Notes under the pieces: model-generated
What the model saw: the letters and a program-made list of their open reading frames with translations, nothing else
Database searches by the model: none
Told to the model about the DNA's origin: nothing
Program-made: the position numbers and the translations under genes
DNA from: Halobacteriaceae archaeon
Lineage (GTDB): Archaea; Halobacteriota; Halobacteria; Halobacteriales; Halobacteriaceae
NCBI GenBank assembly: GCA_041639855.1
Contig: JBEQBK010000001.1
Span: 1-39,548 of the forward strand
Reading direction: 5' to 3'
DNA: 39,548 bases
Part shown: positions 24,806 through 34,010 of the stretch, in pieces
Numbering within the stretch: position 1 is the stretch's first letter
Layout: every line of letters begins with the position of its first letter

Positions 24806-25438
24806 ATGAGTGTGTACGCCACGGTCGCGGTCCCGCCGGAGGCGTTCGTCCTCGAACACGCCCTGAAGGGCGCCGAGCTCCGCGTCGAACTGGAGCGAGT
24901 GGTACCTATCGGCGGGCGACCGGGGCTCCGCATCAGGACCCACGCCGACACGCCGGCCGTTCGGACTCTCGTTCGTTCCGACCCGGACGTGGCGCGCGTC
25001 GAACCGGCCGGCACACCGGACGGTGGCCTCCTCCTCGACGTCGAGTGGCCGCGCTCCCGGTGCGCGCTCGCGGAATCGCTGGCCGACACCGGGTCGGCGT
25101 GCTTGCGCGGCGTCGGCGCCGACGCCGCATGGCGTCTCACGGTCCGGACGCCGACCTCCGAGTGTCTCGCCGAGTTCTACCGGCGTTGTTCGGAGGTCGG
25201 CGTCTCGCTGTGCAGCGTCCGGCGCTCCGGCCACCCGGACCGACACGGCCTCTCCTTTCACCTCTCCGACCCGCAACACGAGACCCTCCGGGCCGCGCTC
25301 GCCGGGGGTTACTTTTCGGTGCCGCGGGAGGTCACCCTCCGGGAACTCGCCGACGGACTGGGCGTCTCCGACACCGCGGCGTCACAGCGTCTGCGTCGCG
25401 GGACGCGGACGATACTCTCGGAGCTGTTCTCCCTGTGA
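24806..25438 (+). CDS. HTH_10 (Bat-type) helix-turn-helix transcriptional regulator
   Basis: In-frame part of track ORF 24689..25438; ATG 24806 (MSVYATVAVPPEAF). C-terminal LSDPQHETLRAALAGGYFSVPREVTLRELADGLGVSDTAASQRLRRGTRTIL is the haloarchaeal HTH_10 signature. Confidence 0.75.
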   Translation: MSVYATVAVPPEAFVLEHALKGAELRVELERVVPIGGRPGLRIRTHADTPAVRTLVRSDPDVARVEPAGTPDGGLLLDVEWPRSRCALAESLADTGSACLRGVGADAAWRLTVRTPTSECLAEFYRRCSEVGVSLCSVRRSGHPDRHGLSFHLSDPQHETLRAALAGGYFSVPREVTLRELADGLGVSDTAASQRLRRGTRTILSELFSL

Positions 25439-25839
25439 GAACCGAAGGACGCGGGCGTAGAGCCCTCGTCATCGGAGCACTCTCTCGGACAATAACGTCC
25501 GGCAAGAGCGGAAACAGAACAGTGCGGGAAGCCGTCGCCGAACGACGGCGCGACCTCGACTGCGGTACCTGTGTTGGCAACGATTCCCGTAAGTGAGCGC
25601 CCCAAAATGTCTCTTACCGGCTAGCGGGCCGTTGCTGTCCGAGTCGAACGGCCGGGCGCGACACACGACGAAGCGACTCCTGCGTTCCGCGTTGAGCGGA
25701 TACTGAATCCCGAAGTCTGCCCCACCGAGCGTCTCCCGCACAGGGGTTCAGACGGTCGAAGCGTCCTATAATGGGCCTGATAGACGGCCTAACGCGCTCT
25801 CCCTGCCGGAAACGATGGGAACTATCGGGTGTAATACCT

Positions 25840-25854
25840 ACCGGTGTAACCGGA
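25840..25854. promoter_or_regulatory. related palindrome ACCGG-N5-CCGGA upstream of hbd
   Basis: accggtgtaaccgga shares CCGGTGT with the 8576 site. It lies about 108 nt upstream of ATG 25962. Confidence 0.3.
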
Positions 25855-25961
25855 AACAGTTCACATCGGGGGCAAGCGCGTCGTTCGTCCGCGTTCTCGG
25901 TCCGGACCTGTACGTTTCCGCGCACAGTAGTGAATACCCTCCACCCCGTCGATACGGGCGT

Positions 25962-27128
25962 ATGAGCGTATCCGAGACCGTCGCCGTACTGGGTGCTGGG
26001 ACGATGGGCCACGGCATCGCACAGGTCGCGGCGATGGCCGGCCATGACGTCCGGCTCCGCGATGTCGAGCGTGACCTTGTCGACGCCGGGCGCGAGCGCA
26101 TCGCGTGGAGCCTGGAGAAACTCGCCGAACGGGGTGACGTCACCGAGAGCGAGGCGGCCGCTGCGCTCGACCGCGTCGAAACGTTCGTCGACGCGGCGGC
26201 CGCGGTCGGGGGCGCAGACTTCGTCATCGAGGCTGTCCCCGAGCGCGCCGACATCAAGCACGCGGTGTACGGGGACGTTGCCCCCCATCTCGGCGCCGAG
26301 ACGGTCCTGGTGACGAACACATCGAGTCTCTCCGTGACCGACCTCGGCGAGGTGAGCGGCCGCCCGGAGACGTTCGTCGGGATGCACTTCTTCAATCCCC
26401 CGGTGCGCATGCGCCTCGTCGAGGTCGTCCGCGGCGCGGCGACGAGCGACCGAACGGTCGAGCGCGCCGAGAGCCTCGCCGCGTCGATGGACAAGGAGCC
26501 GATACGCGTCCGGGACAGCCCCGGGTTCGTCGTCAACCGAATCCTGTTCCCGTTCCTGAACGAGGCAGGGTGGCTTCGGGAGTCGGGCGCCGCCACGATC
26601 GACGTCTCCGACGCGACGGCGAAAGCCGGCCTCGCACTCCCGATGGGACCCTTCGAACTCGCGGACCACATCGGCCTCGACGTGGTCAAGGAAACGCTCG
26701 ACAGCCTTCACGAACGGCTGGACGAGGGGTACAAACCCTGCCCGGGGTTCGCCCGGAAGGTCGCGGCCGGCGACCTGGGACGGAAATCGGGATGTGGCTT
26801 CTACGACTACGACGGCGGCGAGCCTTCGCCCGCGCCCGACGCGGCGCGTGACGACGTCGAGCGTCGCTTCGTCGCGGTGATGGCGAACGAGACGGCGAAA
26901 CTCCTCGCCGACGGGGTCGCGCCCCCCGCGGACATCGACCGCGCGATGGAACTCGGCGCGGGCTTCCCCAGGGGCCCGACGCGGATGGCCGAAACGCACG
27001 GTACGAGGCGCCTCGCCCGGACACTCCGGAAACTCGCCGGCCGGACCGGCGGTGGGCGCTACGAGCCCGCGCCGTATCTCGTCTCGCTCGCAGAGAAGGA
27101 TGAAGCGCTGAGCTCCTCGTTCTCGTAG
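25962..27128 (+). CDS. hbd: 3-hydroxyacyl-CoA (3-hydroxybutyryl-CoA) dehydrogenase with extended C-terminal domain
   Basis: In-frame part of track ORF 25815..27128; ATG 25962 (MSVSETVAVLGAGTMGHGIAQV). Motifs: NTSSLS, GMHFFNPP, SPGFVVNRIL. At about 388 aa it is longer than the roughly 290 aa core. Confidence 0.88.
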   Translation: MSVSETVAVLGAGTMGHGIAQVAAMAGHDVRLRDVERDLVDAGRERIAWSLEKLAERGDVTESEAAAALDRVETFVDAAAAVGGADFVIEAVPERADIKHAVYGDVAPHLGAETVLVTNTSSLSVTDLGEVSGRPETFVGMHFFNPPVRMRLVEVVRGAATSDRTVERAESLAASMDKEPIRVRDSPGFVVNRILFPFLNEAGWLRESGAATIDVSDATAKAGLALPMGPFELADHIGLDVVKETLDSLHERLDEGYKPCPGFARKVAAGDLGRKSGCGFYDYDGGEPSPAPDAARDDVERRFVAVMANETAKLLADGVAPPADIDRAMELGAGFPRGPTRMAETHGTRRLARTLRKLAGRTGGGRYEPAPYLVSLAEKDEALSSSFS

Positions 27129-27262
27129 TGGCTCGTCGCCTTCTCGAACGCCGCCGCGAGGGTGTCCCGGTTCCCGGGCGTGTAGCGACTGAGCCCCGGA
27201 AAGCCGGGCTTACCCGCGTGAACGACTACCTACCTATGTGCCGGGCCGTCGAAGCGCCGTGT

Positions 27263-28315
27263 ATGCGAGCCTACGTGATGCGCGCCATCGGTGAGACCGG
27301 CACCGTCGAGAAGGACCGCCCCAGCGCGGGCCCGAACGACGCGATACTCCGCCCGACGAAGGCGCTCGTCTGCACGTCGGACGTGCACACCGTCCACGGC
27401 GCCATCGGCGAGCGCGAGGACATCACCCTCGGTCACGAGGTCGTCGGCGTCGTCGACGAGGTCGGCGACGAGGTCGAGGAGTTCACGACCGGGGACCGCG
27501 TCGTCGTCGGCGCCATCACGCCCGACTGGGGGTCGCCCGCCGCGCAGGACGGCCATCCTTCCCAGTCGGGTGGCGCACTCGGGGGATGGAAGTTCGCAAA
27601 CGAGAAGGACGGCGTCTTCGCGGAGTACGTCCACGTCAACGAGGCTGACGCGAACCTCGCGCACATCCCCGAGTCCGTCTCGGACGAGGAAGCCGTCTAC
27701 GTCACGGACATGATGACCACCGGGTTCGCGGCCGCGGAGCGCGCCGACATCCCGCTCGGCGGCACCGTCGCCGTGTTCGCGCAGGGGCCGGTCGGGCTGA
27801 TGGCGAGTAAGGGGGCCGGACTCCAGGGCGCGGGGCGCGTCATCGCGGTCGAGAGCGTCGAGGCCCGGCAGGAACTCGCGCGGGCCTACGGCGCCGACGA
27901 CGTCGTGGACTACACCGAGGACGACCCGGTACAGGCCATCATGGACCTGACCGACGGCGAGGGGGTCGACGCTGCCATCGAGGCGCTCGGCTCGAACGCC
28001 ACGTTCCGGAACTGCGTCGAGGTGACCAAACCCGGCGGGACGGTCTCGAACGTCGGCTACCACGGCGAGGGAGAGAACGTCGAAATCCCCCGCGAGGCGT
28101 GGGGCGTCGGGATGGCCGAGAAGGACATCGTCACGTCGCTCTGCCCGGGGGGGCGGCTCCGCCTCGAACGGCTGCTCCGCCTGCTCGAAACCGGGCGCGT
28201 GGACCCGACGCGGATGACGACCCACACTTTCGGCTTCGAAGAGGTGGACGACGCCTTCCGACTCATGGAGAGCAAGGAGGACGGCGTCGTCAAGCCCCTC
28301 GTCGAGTTCGAGTGA
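27263..28315 (+). CDS. adh: zinc-dependent NADP secondary alcohol dehydrogenase (Thermoanaerobacter brockii / Clostridium beijerinckii ADH type)
   Basis: In-frame part of track ORF 27128..28315; ATG 27263 (MRAYVMRAIGETG). Colinear by eye with TbADH throughout: CTSDVHTVHGAIGE, LGHEVVGVV, ITPDW, GGWKFANEKDGVFAEY, DMMTTGF, GPVGLM, CPGGRLR. Confidence 0.9.
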   Translation: MRAYVMRAIGETGTVEKDRPSAGPNDAILRPTKALVCTSDVHTVHGAIGEREDITLGHEVVGVVDEVGDEVEEFTTGDRVVVGAITPDWGSPAAQDGHPSQSGGALGGWKFANEKDGVFAEYVHVNEADANLAHIPESVSDEEAVYVTDMMTTGFAAAERADIPLGGTVAVFAQGPVGLMASKGAGLQGAGRVIAVESVEARQELARAYGADDVVDYTEDDPVQAIMDLTDGEGVDAAIEALGSNATFRNCVEVTKPGGTVSNVGYHGEGENVEIPREAWGVGMAEKDIVTSLCPGGRLRLERLLRLLETGRVDPTRMTTHTFGFEEVDDAFRLMESKEDGVVKPLVEFE

Positions 28316-28425
28316 CTACCCGAGCGTGACCGGCCGCCGCGCGAACAGCCCGGGGTTCTCCGGGGACCTGCCGAAGCGTACGACGACAGGGGAAAGCCCT
28401 GTGCTGGGGTCAGGTCGTTCGCCCG

Positions 28426-28620
28426 TCAGGTGGAGAGATGCGTCCACGCGCCCCAGAGTGCGACGGCGACGACGACGAGGAGGTACGCGGCGAGCAGCTC
28501 CGGGTGGAGGGTCATCGACCCACCCGGGAAGAACAGGACGTAGAGGAGAATGGCGGCCGTCGCGAGCGCCGCGAGGAGGAGGCCGATTCCTTTCAGGCGG
28601 GTCTTCACCGGCGAAACCAT
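28426..28620 (-). CDS. small membrane protein (64 aa, two predicted TM helices)
   Basis: C-terminal part of track ORF 28426..29025; ATG 28620. MVSPVKTRLKGIGLLLAALATAAILLYVLFFPGG...LLAAYLLVVVAVALWGAW contains two clear hydrophobic helices. The opposite-strand ORF is Arg/Glu-rich shadow. Confidence 0.55.
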   Translation of the reverse strand: MVSPVKTRLKGIGLLLAALATAAILLYVLFFPGGSMTLHPELLAAYLLVVVAVALWGAWTHLST

Positions 28621-28719
28621 ACGAGGAAACCCGTCGCAACCCGCATAGGCTTTCGGACGAGTTCGGCGCGCGGGGAAACCGGGGGTAGCTATTCGGCGGC
28701 GACCCGCCGACTGGCGCCC

Positions 28720-28911
28720 ATGAACGACCATCCGCCCCGCGACTCGCCGGCGTGGGACCACCCCGACTTCTGTCCCTTCTGCGGGACGGCGCTCGCGGAC
28801 GGCGGCGCGGGTTTCATCGACCACCTCGGCAACGCCCCCGACTGCCGGGAGCGCTTCGAGGCGTGGCGCGCGGCCGTCGTCGACGACATCGGCGGTGAGT
28901 GGGGCGGCTAA
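28720..28911 (+). CDS. small zinc-finger-like protein (63 aa, CPxCG motif)
   Basis: C-terminal part of track ORF 28438..28911; ATG 28720. MNDHPPRDSPAWDHPDFCPFCGTALADGGAGFIDHLGNAPDCRERF has a C-x2-C...H...C arrangement. Acidic. Confidence 0.55.
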   Translation: MNDHPPRDSPAWDHPDFCPFCGTALADGGAGFIDHLGNAPDCRERFEAWRAAVVDDIGGEWGG

Positions 28912-29027
28912 CCCGGCATTACCGCTCCGAGCGGGTCCGATTACCCACGCTACTAACTCGTCCCGGCTCGCCGGGAACCGTGCCGACCAGCGAAACGCTT
29001 TCCCCGACCCTCTCCGAGCCGTCACGT

Positions 29028-30422
29028 ATGGAACAGTGGTCCTCCCGGCTTGGCTTCGTCCTCGCGTCCGTCGGCGCGGCCGTCGGGTTGGGCAACGTCT
29101 GGCGCTTCCCGGCGGTCGTTGGGCGCAACGGCGGTGGCGCCTACCTCGTTCCCTATCTGCTGGCGGTGTTCGTCGTCGCCGTCCCCCTGCTCGTCCTTGA
29201 ACTCGGCGCCGGGCGGGCCTATCGAACGGACGTGGTGTCGGCGTTCCGGGCCGTCGGCGAGCGCTTCGCCGCGTTCGGCTGGCTGGTGACCGCGGCGGTG
29301 GCGCTCGTGTTGAGCTACTACTTCGTCCTCGTGGGGTGGGTGTTGGCCTTCCTCGTCTCCGCGCTCGTCGGCGCCGACCTCACGTTCGCGGGGCTCACGT
29401 CGGGTTACGCCTCGCTCGCGGGGTTCTTCGCGGCCGCGCTCCTCACGGGAGCCGTCGTCTCCCGCGGCGTCAGAGGGGGCATCGAGCGCCTCTCGACGAC
29501 CGCTATCCCCGTGGTGTTCGCGCTCCTGCTCGGCCTCGCGGGCTACGCCGCGACCCTTCCCGGCTTCGTGGAGGGTGTCGGCTTCTTCTTCACGCCCGAT
29601 TTCGGCGCGCTCTCGAATCCCCTACTCTGGGCCGCCGCGTTCGGACAGACGTTTTTCTCGCTCTCCGTCGGGCAGGGCGTGATGCTCACCTACGGGGGAT
29701 ACATCGACTCCGACACCGACATCGTCGGGTCGGCGCTCGCCATCGCCGTCGCGGACGTGGCCGTCGCGTTGCTCGCCGGCCTCGTGATTTTCCCGGTCGT
29801 CTACTCTTTCGGGCTGGAGCCGACGCTCGGGACGGAGTTGGCGTTCACGACGCTCCCGGCGGCCTTCGACGCGATGGCCGGCGGCCGGTTCGTCGCGATA
29901 GCCTTCTTCGGGTTGCTCTTCCTCGCGGGGCTCACCTCCGCGGTCTCCCTGCTGGAGGTGGGTGTCACGGCGGTCCGGAACAACGTTTCGGAGACCCACT
30001 CCCGAAAGCAGGTGAGTTGGACGCTGACGGGGGCTGTCGCGCTCCTCGGGATTCCCTCGGCGCTGAGCTACACCGGCGCGAACTGGCGGGTCGCCGGAAT
30101 CCGCGTGCTCGACGCCGTAGACGAGTCCGTCGGCACCGTGGGACTGCTCCTGACCGCGCTGCTCCTCACCGTGGTCTTCGCGTGGTTCCAACCCTACGAG
30201 CGGCTCCGCGAGCAGGTCGGGAACCGCGCGGTTCTCGCGCTGGCGAAGTACGCGCTCCCCCCCGTTCTTCTCGCCGTGCTCGGCGCCCGGGCGCTGGCCG
30301 GCATCGGCGCGGCGTGGGGTCGTCTCCCACAGCGGCTCACCGTCGCGCCGGCTCCCGTCGCCGTCCTCGCCGCCCTCGTCCTCGTCTGGGCCGTCGCGCG
30401 TCGCGCCCGTTCTCGTGGGTAG
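29028..30422 (+). CDS. sodium-dependent transporter, NSS/SNF family
   Basis: In-frame part of track ORF 28899..30422; ATG 29028. MEQWSSRLGFVLASVGAAVGLGNVWRFPAVVGRNGGGAYLVPY is the NSS signature. The rest is multi-TM hydrophobic. Confidence 0.88.
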   Translation: MEQWSSRLGFVLASVGAAVGLGNVWRFPAVVGRNGGGAYLVPYLLAVFVVAVPLLVLELGAGRAYRTDVVSAFRAVGERFAAFGWLVTAAVALVLSYYFVLVGWVLAFLVSALVGADLTFAGLTSGYASLAGFFAAALLTGAVVSRGVRGGIERLSTTAIPVVFALLLGLAGYAATLPGFVEGVGFFFTPDFGALSNPLLWAAAFGQTFFSLSVGQGVMLTYGGYIDSDTDIVGSALAIAVADVAVALLAGLVIFPVVYSFGLEPTLGTELAFTTLPAAFDAMAGGRFVAIAFFGLLFLAGLTSAVSLLEVGVTAVRNNVSETHSRKQVSWTLTGAVALLGIPSALSYTGANWRVAGIRVLDAVDESVGTVGLLLTALLLTVVFAWFQPYERLREQVGNRAVLALAKYALPPVLLAVLGARALAGIGAAWGRLPQRLTVAPAPVAVLAALVLVWAVARRARSRG

Positions 30423-30515
30423 CCCGACCTTCCCCTCTTCTCCGTTCCCATTAGCTTCCGCTTCGGGGGCCGAACGGTGGCGCCGGGCGAGCGTGTCCGC
30501 GGCGAGTACGACGTT

Positions 30516-30527
30516 TCCGAGTTCGGA
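30516..30527. promoter_or_regulatory. inverted repeat TCCGA-gt-TCGGA upstream of the ABC-2/TetR operon (candidate TetR operator)
   Basis: tccgagttcgga, about 80 nt upstream of ATG 30602. Confidence 0.3.
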
Positions 30528-30601
30528 CGAGACGCACGGCCGCCGGGCTGACTGAACGTTCATTCAACACCGTTATACCCCTCGGTCTCTTCGCCGTCCC
30601 C

Positions 30602-31609
30602 ATGGCCGCAATCGACGCGAACCACCTCGAACTGACCTACGCCGACGGCACCGAGGCCGTGACGGACGTCTCCCTCGACATCCCCGAGGGCGAGTTCTTC
30701 GGCTTCCTCGGCGCGAACGGCGCGGGAAAGACGACGACAATCAAGATGCTGGTCACGCTTCTCAACCCGACCAGCGGCACCGTCGAGGTGAACGGCTACG
30801 ACCCGACGGCGGAGCCCCGTTCGGTCCGGGAGTCCATCGGCTACATGGCACAGGAGACGAGCATCGACCCCGAGCTCACGGCCGAAGAGAACGTCCGCTT
30901 CGCCTGCGAGGCCTACGGGGTCCCGAAATCCGAGCGCGCCGGGCGCATCGACGACCTCCTCGATTTGGTGGACTTGGCGGACGTCGCGGACAAGCAGGCG
31001 AAGGGGTTCTCCGGCGGGATGAAGAAACGCCTGGACGTGGCGACGGCGCTCGCTCACGAACCCCCTATCGTCTTCCTCGACGAGCCCACCACCGGGCTGG
31101 ACCCCAAAGCCCGCAACCGGCTCTGGGACTACTTCGAGCGCATCAACGAGCGCGGCACCACCGTGTTCCTCACGACCCAGTATCTGGAGGAGGCGGACCA
31201 CCTCTGCGAGCGCATCAGCGTCATCAAGGACGGCACCATCGCGGTGTCGGGCTCGCCCGAAGAACTCAAGTCCCGCGTCGGCGGCGACGTGCTCGACCTC
31301 GAACTCGACGACCCCACCGAATCGAACCTCGAACGCGCCCGGGAGGTGGCGCTCGACGCCGAGCTCGTCGCGGGGCCCGAGGACATCGAGACGACAGACG
31401 ACGGCCTCCGCGTGACCTCCCCGAAAGCGCGCCGGCACGGCACCGACCTGCTGGTCGCGTTGCGGGACGCCGGGCTGACAATCGTCGGGTTCAACGTCCG
31501 GAGCCCGACGGTCGACGACGTGTTCCTCGCGGTGACGGGCGAGGAGTACGACGCTGACGGGGAGTCGGGAAGCGAGGACACAGCCCCCGCCCCGGAGGTG
31601 GCTCGATGA
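30602..31609 (+). CDS. ABC transporter ATP-binding protein (ABC-2 / DrrA-like exporter subfamily)
   Basis: Walker A GANGAGKTT, signature FSGGMKKRL, Walker B IVFLDEPTTGLD. Confidence 0.92.
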   Translation: MAAIDANHLELTYADGTEAVTDVSLDIPEGEFFGFLGANGAGKTTTIKMLVTLLNPTSGTVEVNGYDPTAEPRSVRESIGYMAQETSIDPELTAEENVRFACEAYGVPKSERAGRIDDLLDLVDLADVADKQAKGFSGGMKKRLDVATALAHEPPIVFLDEPTTGLDPKARNRLWDYFERINERGTTVFLTTQYLEEADHLCERISVIKDGTIAVSGSPEELKSRVGGDVLDLELDDPTESNLERAREVALDAELVAGPEDIETTDDGLRVTSPKARRHGTDLLVALRDAGLTIVGFNVRSPTVDDVFLAVTGEEYDADGESGSEDTAPAPEVAR

Positions 31610-32484
31610 GCAACGCACGGAAAGCGACGGCGAACGGTTTTCTCACGGATACGTGGGTGAACCTCAAGCGCTGGCTGCTGAAGACGACCAGAAACCCCTT
31701 CGTCATCACGTTCTCGCTCATCAACCCCATCATGTTCCTCGTCCTCTTCACCGAGGTCTTCGGAGGCATCGCGGGCGGCGCCATCGGTGGCGGTGGGGCG
31801 GGCGTGAACTACCTCACCTATCTCGTGCCGGCCATCGCCATCCAGGTGGCGCTCATCGGCGCCACCTCCTCGGGGATGGGCCTCGTGGAGGACATCGAGA
31901 GCGGGATGTTCGAGAAGGCGCTCGTCTCGCCGATGCACCGCGGCGCCGTCTTCCTCGGGAAGTCCCTCTCCGAAGTGATCCGCATCGTCGCACAGGTGTG
32001 TATCATCCTCGGGTTCGGCTACGTCCTGCTCTACCTCGACACGGGCGCGGCGTTCGGCGAGTACATCGCGACCGGCTTTTTGGGCGCCGTGGGCATCGTC
32101 CTCGTCGGCATCCTGTTCTCGATTTGGTTCACCGCGTTCTCGAACATCATGGCGCTGGTCACCCGCGACCAGGAGTCCACGATGATTGGCGTGAACATCC
32201 TCCAGTTTCCCCTTCTCTTCCTTTCGAGTGCCTTCCTTCCGCTCGACCAACTCCCGGGCTGGGTGCAGGCCGTCGCGACGGTCAATCCCATCACCTACGG
32301 TGTGGACGCCGCACGGGCGCTGATGTTCGGCCGCGACACGATGCAGGTCATCGAGGTGACGGCGTTCGGCGGGATGTGGGACACCTTGGTTCCGGCAATC
32401 GCCGTGCTCGCCGTCCTCGACATCGCGCTCGGCGGCGTCGCCGTCTACTACATGGCCCGCGCGACCAGCGCGGAGGCCCGCTGA
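31606..32484 (+). CDS. ABC-2 type transporter permease
   Basis: 292 aa, six hydrophobic segments. The start overlaps the ATPase stop by 4 nt (ATGA). Confidence 0.88.
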   Translation: MSNARKATANGFLTDTWVNLKRWLLKTTRNPFVITFSLINPIMFLVLFTEVFGGIAGGAIGGGGAGVNYLTYLVPAIAIQVALIGATSSGMGLVEDIESGMFEKALVSPMHRGAVFLGKSLSEVIRIVAQVCIILGFGYVLLYLDTGAAFGEYIATGFLGAVGIVLVGILFSIWFTAFSNIMALVTRDQESTMIGVNILQFPLLFLSSAFLPLDQLPGWVQAVATVNPITYGVDAARALMFGRDTMQVIEVTAFGGMWDTLVPAIAVLAVLDIALGGVAVYYMARATSAEAR

Positions 32485-33104
32485 TGGCGGGGCCGCCGTT
32501 CCTCGACGACCCCGAGGGAACCCGCGAGGAGATCATGGCCGCGACCTACCGCGCCCTCCGCGAGCACGGCTACGCCGACCTGACGGTCGCGCGCATCGCC
32601 GAGGGGTTCCCGAAGAGCAAATCCCTGCTCTATCACCACTACGACGGCAAGGACGAACTCCTCCTCGATTTTCTGGACTTCATGCTCTCGGGCGCGGAGG
32701 AGACGGTTCCCGACCCGGACGACGACCCGAGGGGGTATCTCGACGCGACGCTCGACTTCGCCCTCGACCCCGACCCGCCGACGGCGTACCGGGAGTTCGA
32801 GTCCGCGATGGTCGAACTCCGGGCGCAGGCCGCCCACGACGAGCGGTACCGCGAGGCGTTCGCGCGCCACGACGCCTTCTTCCGGGAGCGCATCGCCGGG
32901 GCCGTCCGCGCCGGTATCGAGCGCGGCGACTTCGACGACGCGGACCCGGAACGGGTCGCGGCGTTCGTCCATACGGTCACGGAGGGGGTTGCGCCCCGCC
33001 GGGCCGCCGGGGACGCCGACACGGAGGACGTGCGCCGGGTCCGCACGGAACTGGAGCGGTATCTCGCGGGCGTGCTCGGGTGGGAGCCGACCCGAGACGG
33101 CTAA
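32484..33104 (+). CDS. TetR-family transcriptional regulator
   Basis: In-frame part of track ORF 31653..33104. ATG 32484 overlaps the permease stop (TGATG). HTH region: IMAATYRALREHGYADLTVARIAEGFPKSKSLLYHHYDGKDELL. Confidence 0.88.
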   Translation: MAGPPFLDDPEGTREEIMAATYRALREHGYADLTVARIAEGFPKSKSLLYHHYDGKDELLLDFLDFMLSGAEETVPDPDDDPRGYLDATLDFALDPDPPTAYREFESAMVELRAQAAHDERYREAFARHDAFFRERIAGAVRAGIERGDFDDADPERVAAFVHTVTEGVAPRRAAGDADTEDVRRVRTELERYLAGVLGWEPTRDG

Positions 33105-33157
33105 AAACGACCGCTTTCCGGCGTTGTGCGGGCTGGGGCCCGCCGTGCGACTCTCAC

Positions 33158-33928
33158 TTAGAGTGCGCTGTCCGCGAAGCCGCCGTCCACGGTCAGAATG
33201 TCGCCCGTCACGTAGGACGCCGCGTCGCTGCCCAGATAGATGGCGGCGCCGACGATCTCCTCGCGCTCGGCGACTCGTCCCAACGGCGCCCGCGAGTCGA
33301 TGCGCTCGCGCTTCTCGGTGCCCTCCGCATAGGTGTCGGCGTTCTGCGGCGTGATGACGAAGCCCGGCGCGATGGCGTTCACTCTGACTTCGGGCGCGAG
33401 CTCCTTCGCCGACGCGCGGGTGAAGGACTCGACGCCGCCCTTCGCCGCCGCGTACGCGGGCAAATCGGCCATCGACAGCCGCGCGGCCATCGAGGAGATG
33501 TTGATGATGCTGCCCTCCTCCATCGCCGGGAGCATCGCCTGGGTGACCCGTCGGACGCCGTCGAGGGCGACGTCGGTGACGAAGTCCCACTCCTCGTCGG
33601 TGATGCTCTCGACCGACGCCCGCGAGATGGCGCCCTGCGAGGCGACGACGATGTCGATGCCGCCGAACGTTTCGACCGCGGCCTCGCGGACCTCGTTCAA
33701 GGAGTCGCGCTCGGTCACGTCGCATGTGACGCGGGCGGTGTCGGCGCCCCGGGCTTCGAGTTCCTCGGCCGTCTCCTCGACCTTCTCCTCGCCTCTGCTG
33801 GTGGCGATGACGTCGGCACCCTCCTCGGCGAACCCGAGCGCGATTGCCTGCCCGATACCGCTGGTCCCACCCACGACGACGGCGCGTTTACCCTCGACTG
33901 TCACCGGCGTGTGCTCGTACTCGACCAT
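33158..33928 (-). CDS. short-chain dehydrogenase/reductase (classical SDR)
   Basis: In-frame part of track ORF 33158..34081; ATG 33928 (MVEYEHTPVTVEGK). Motifs: VVGGTSGIGQAIA, NISS, YAAAKGG (YxxxK), PGFVITP. Confidence 0.88.
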   Translation of the reverse strand: MVEYEHTPVTVEGKRAVVVGGTSGIGQAIALGFAEEGADVIATSRGEEKVEETAEELEARGADTARVTCDVTERDSLNEVREAAVETFGGIDIVVASQGAISRASVESITDEEWDFVTDVALDGVRRVTQAMLPAMEEGSIINISSMAARLSMADLPAYAAAKGGVESFTRASAKELAPEVRVNAIAPGFVITPQNADTYAEGTEKRERIDSRAPLGRVAEREEIVGAAIYLGSDAASYVTGDILTVDGGFADSAL

Positions 33929-33984
33929 ACCCCGATTCGACGGCCCGGGATACAAGACGTTTCGGTCCGCTACCGTAGCCTTAT

Positions 33985-34008
33985 AGAACCCCGCCCTCGG
34001 AGGGTTCT
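33985..34008. promoter_or_regulatory. inverted repeat AGAACCC-N10-GGGTTCT between TATA and start of the MDR dehydrogenase gene
   Basis: agaaccccgccctcggagggttct ends 3 nt before ATG 34011 and overlaps the TATA-like cttataga. Confidence 0.4.
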
Positions 34009-34010
34009 TC

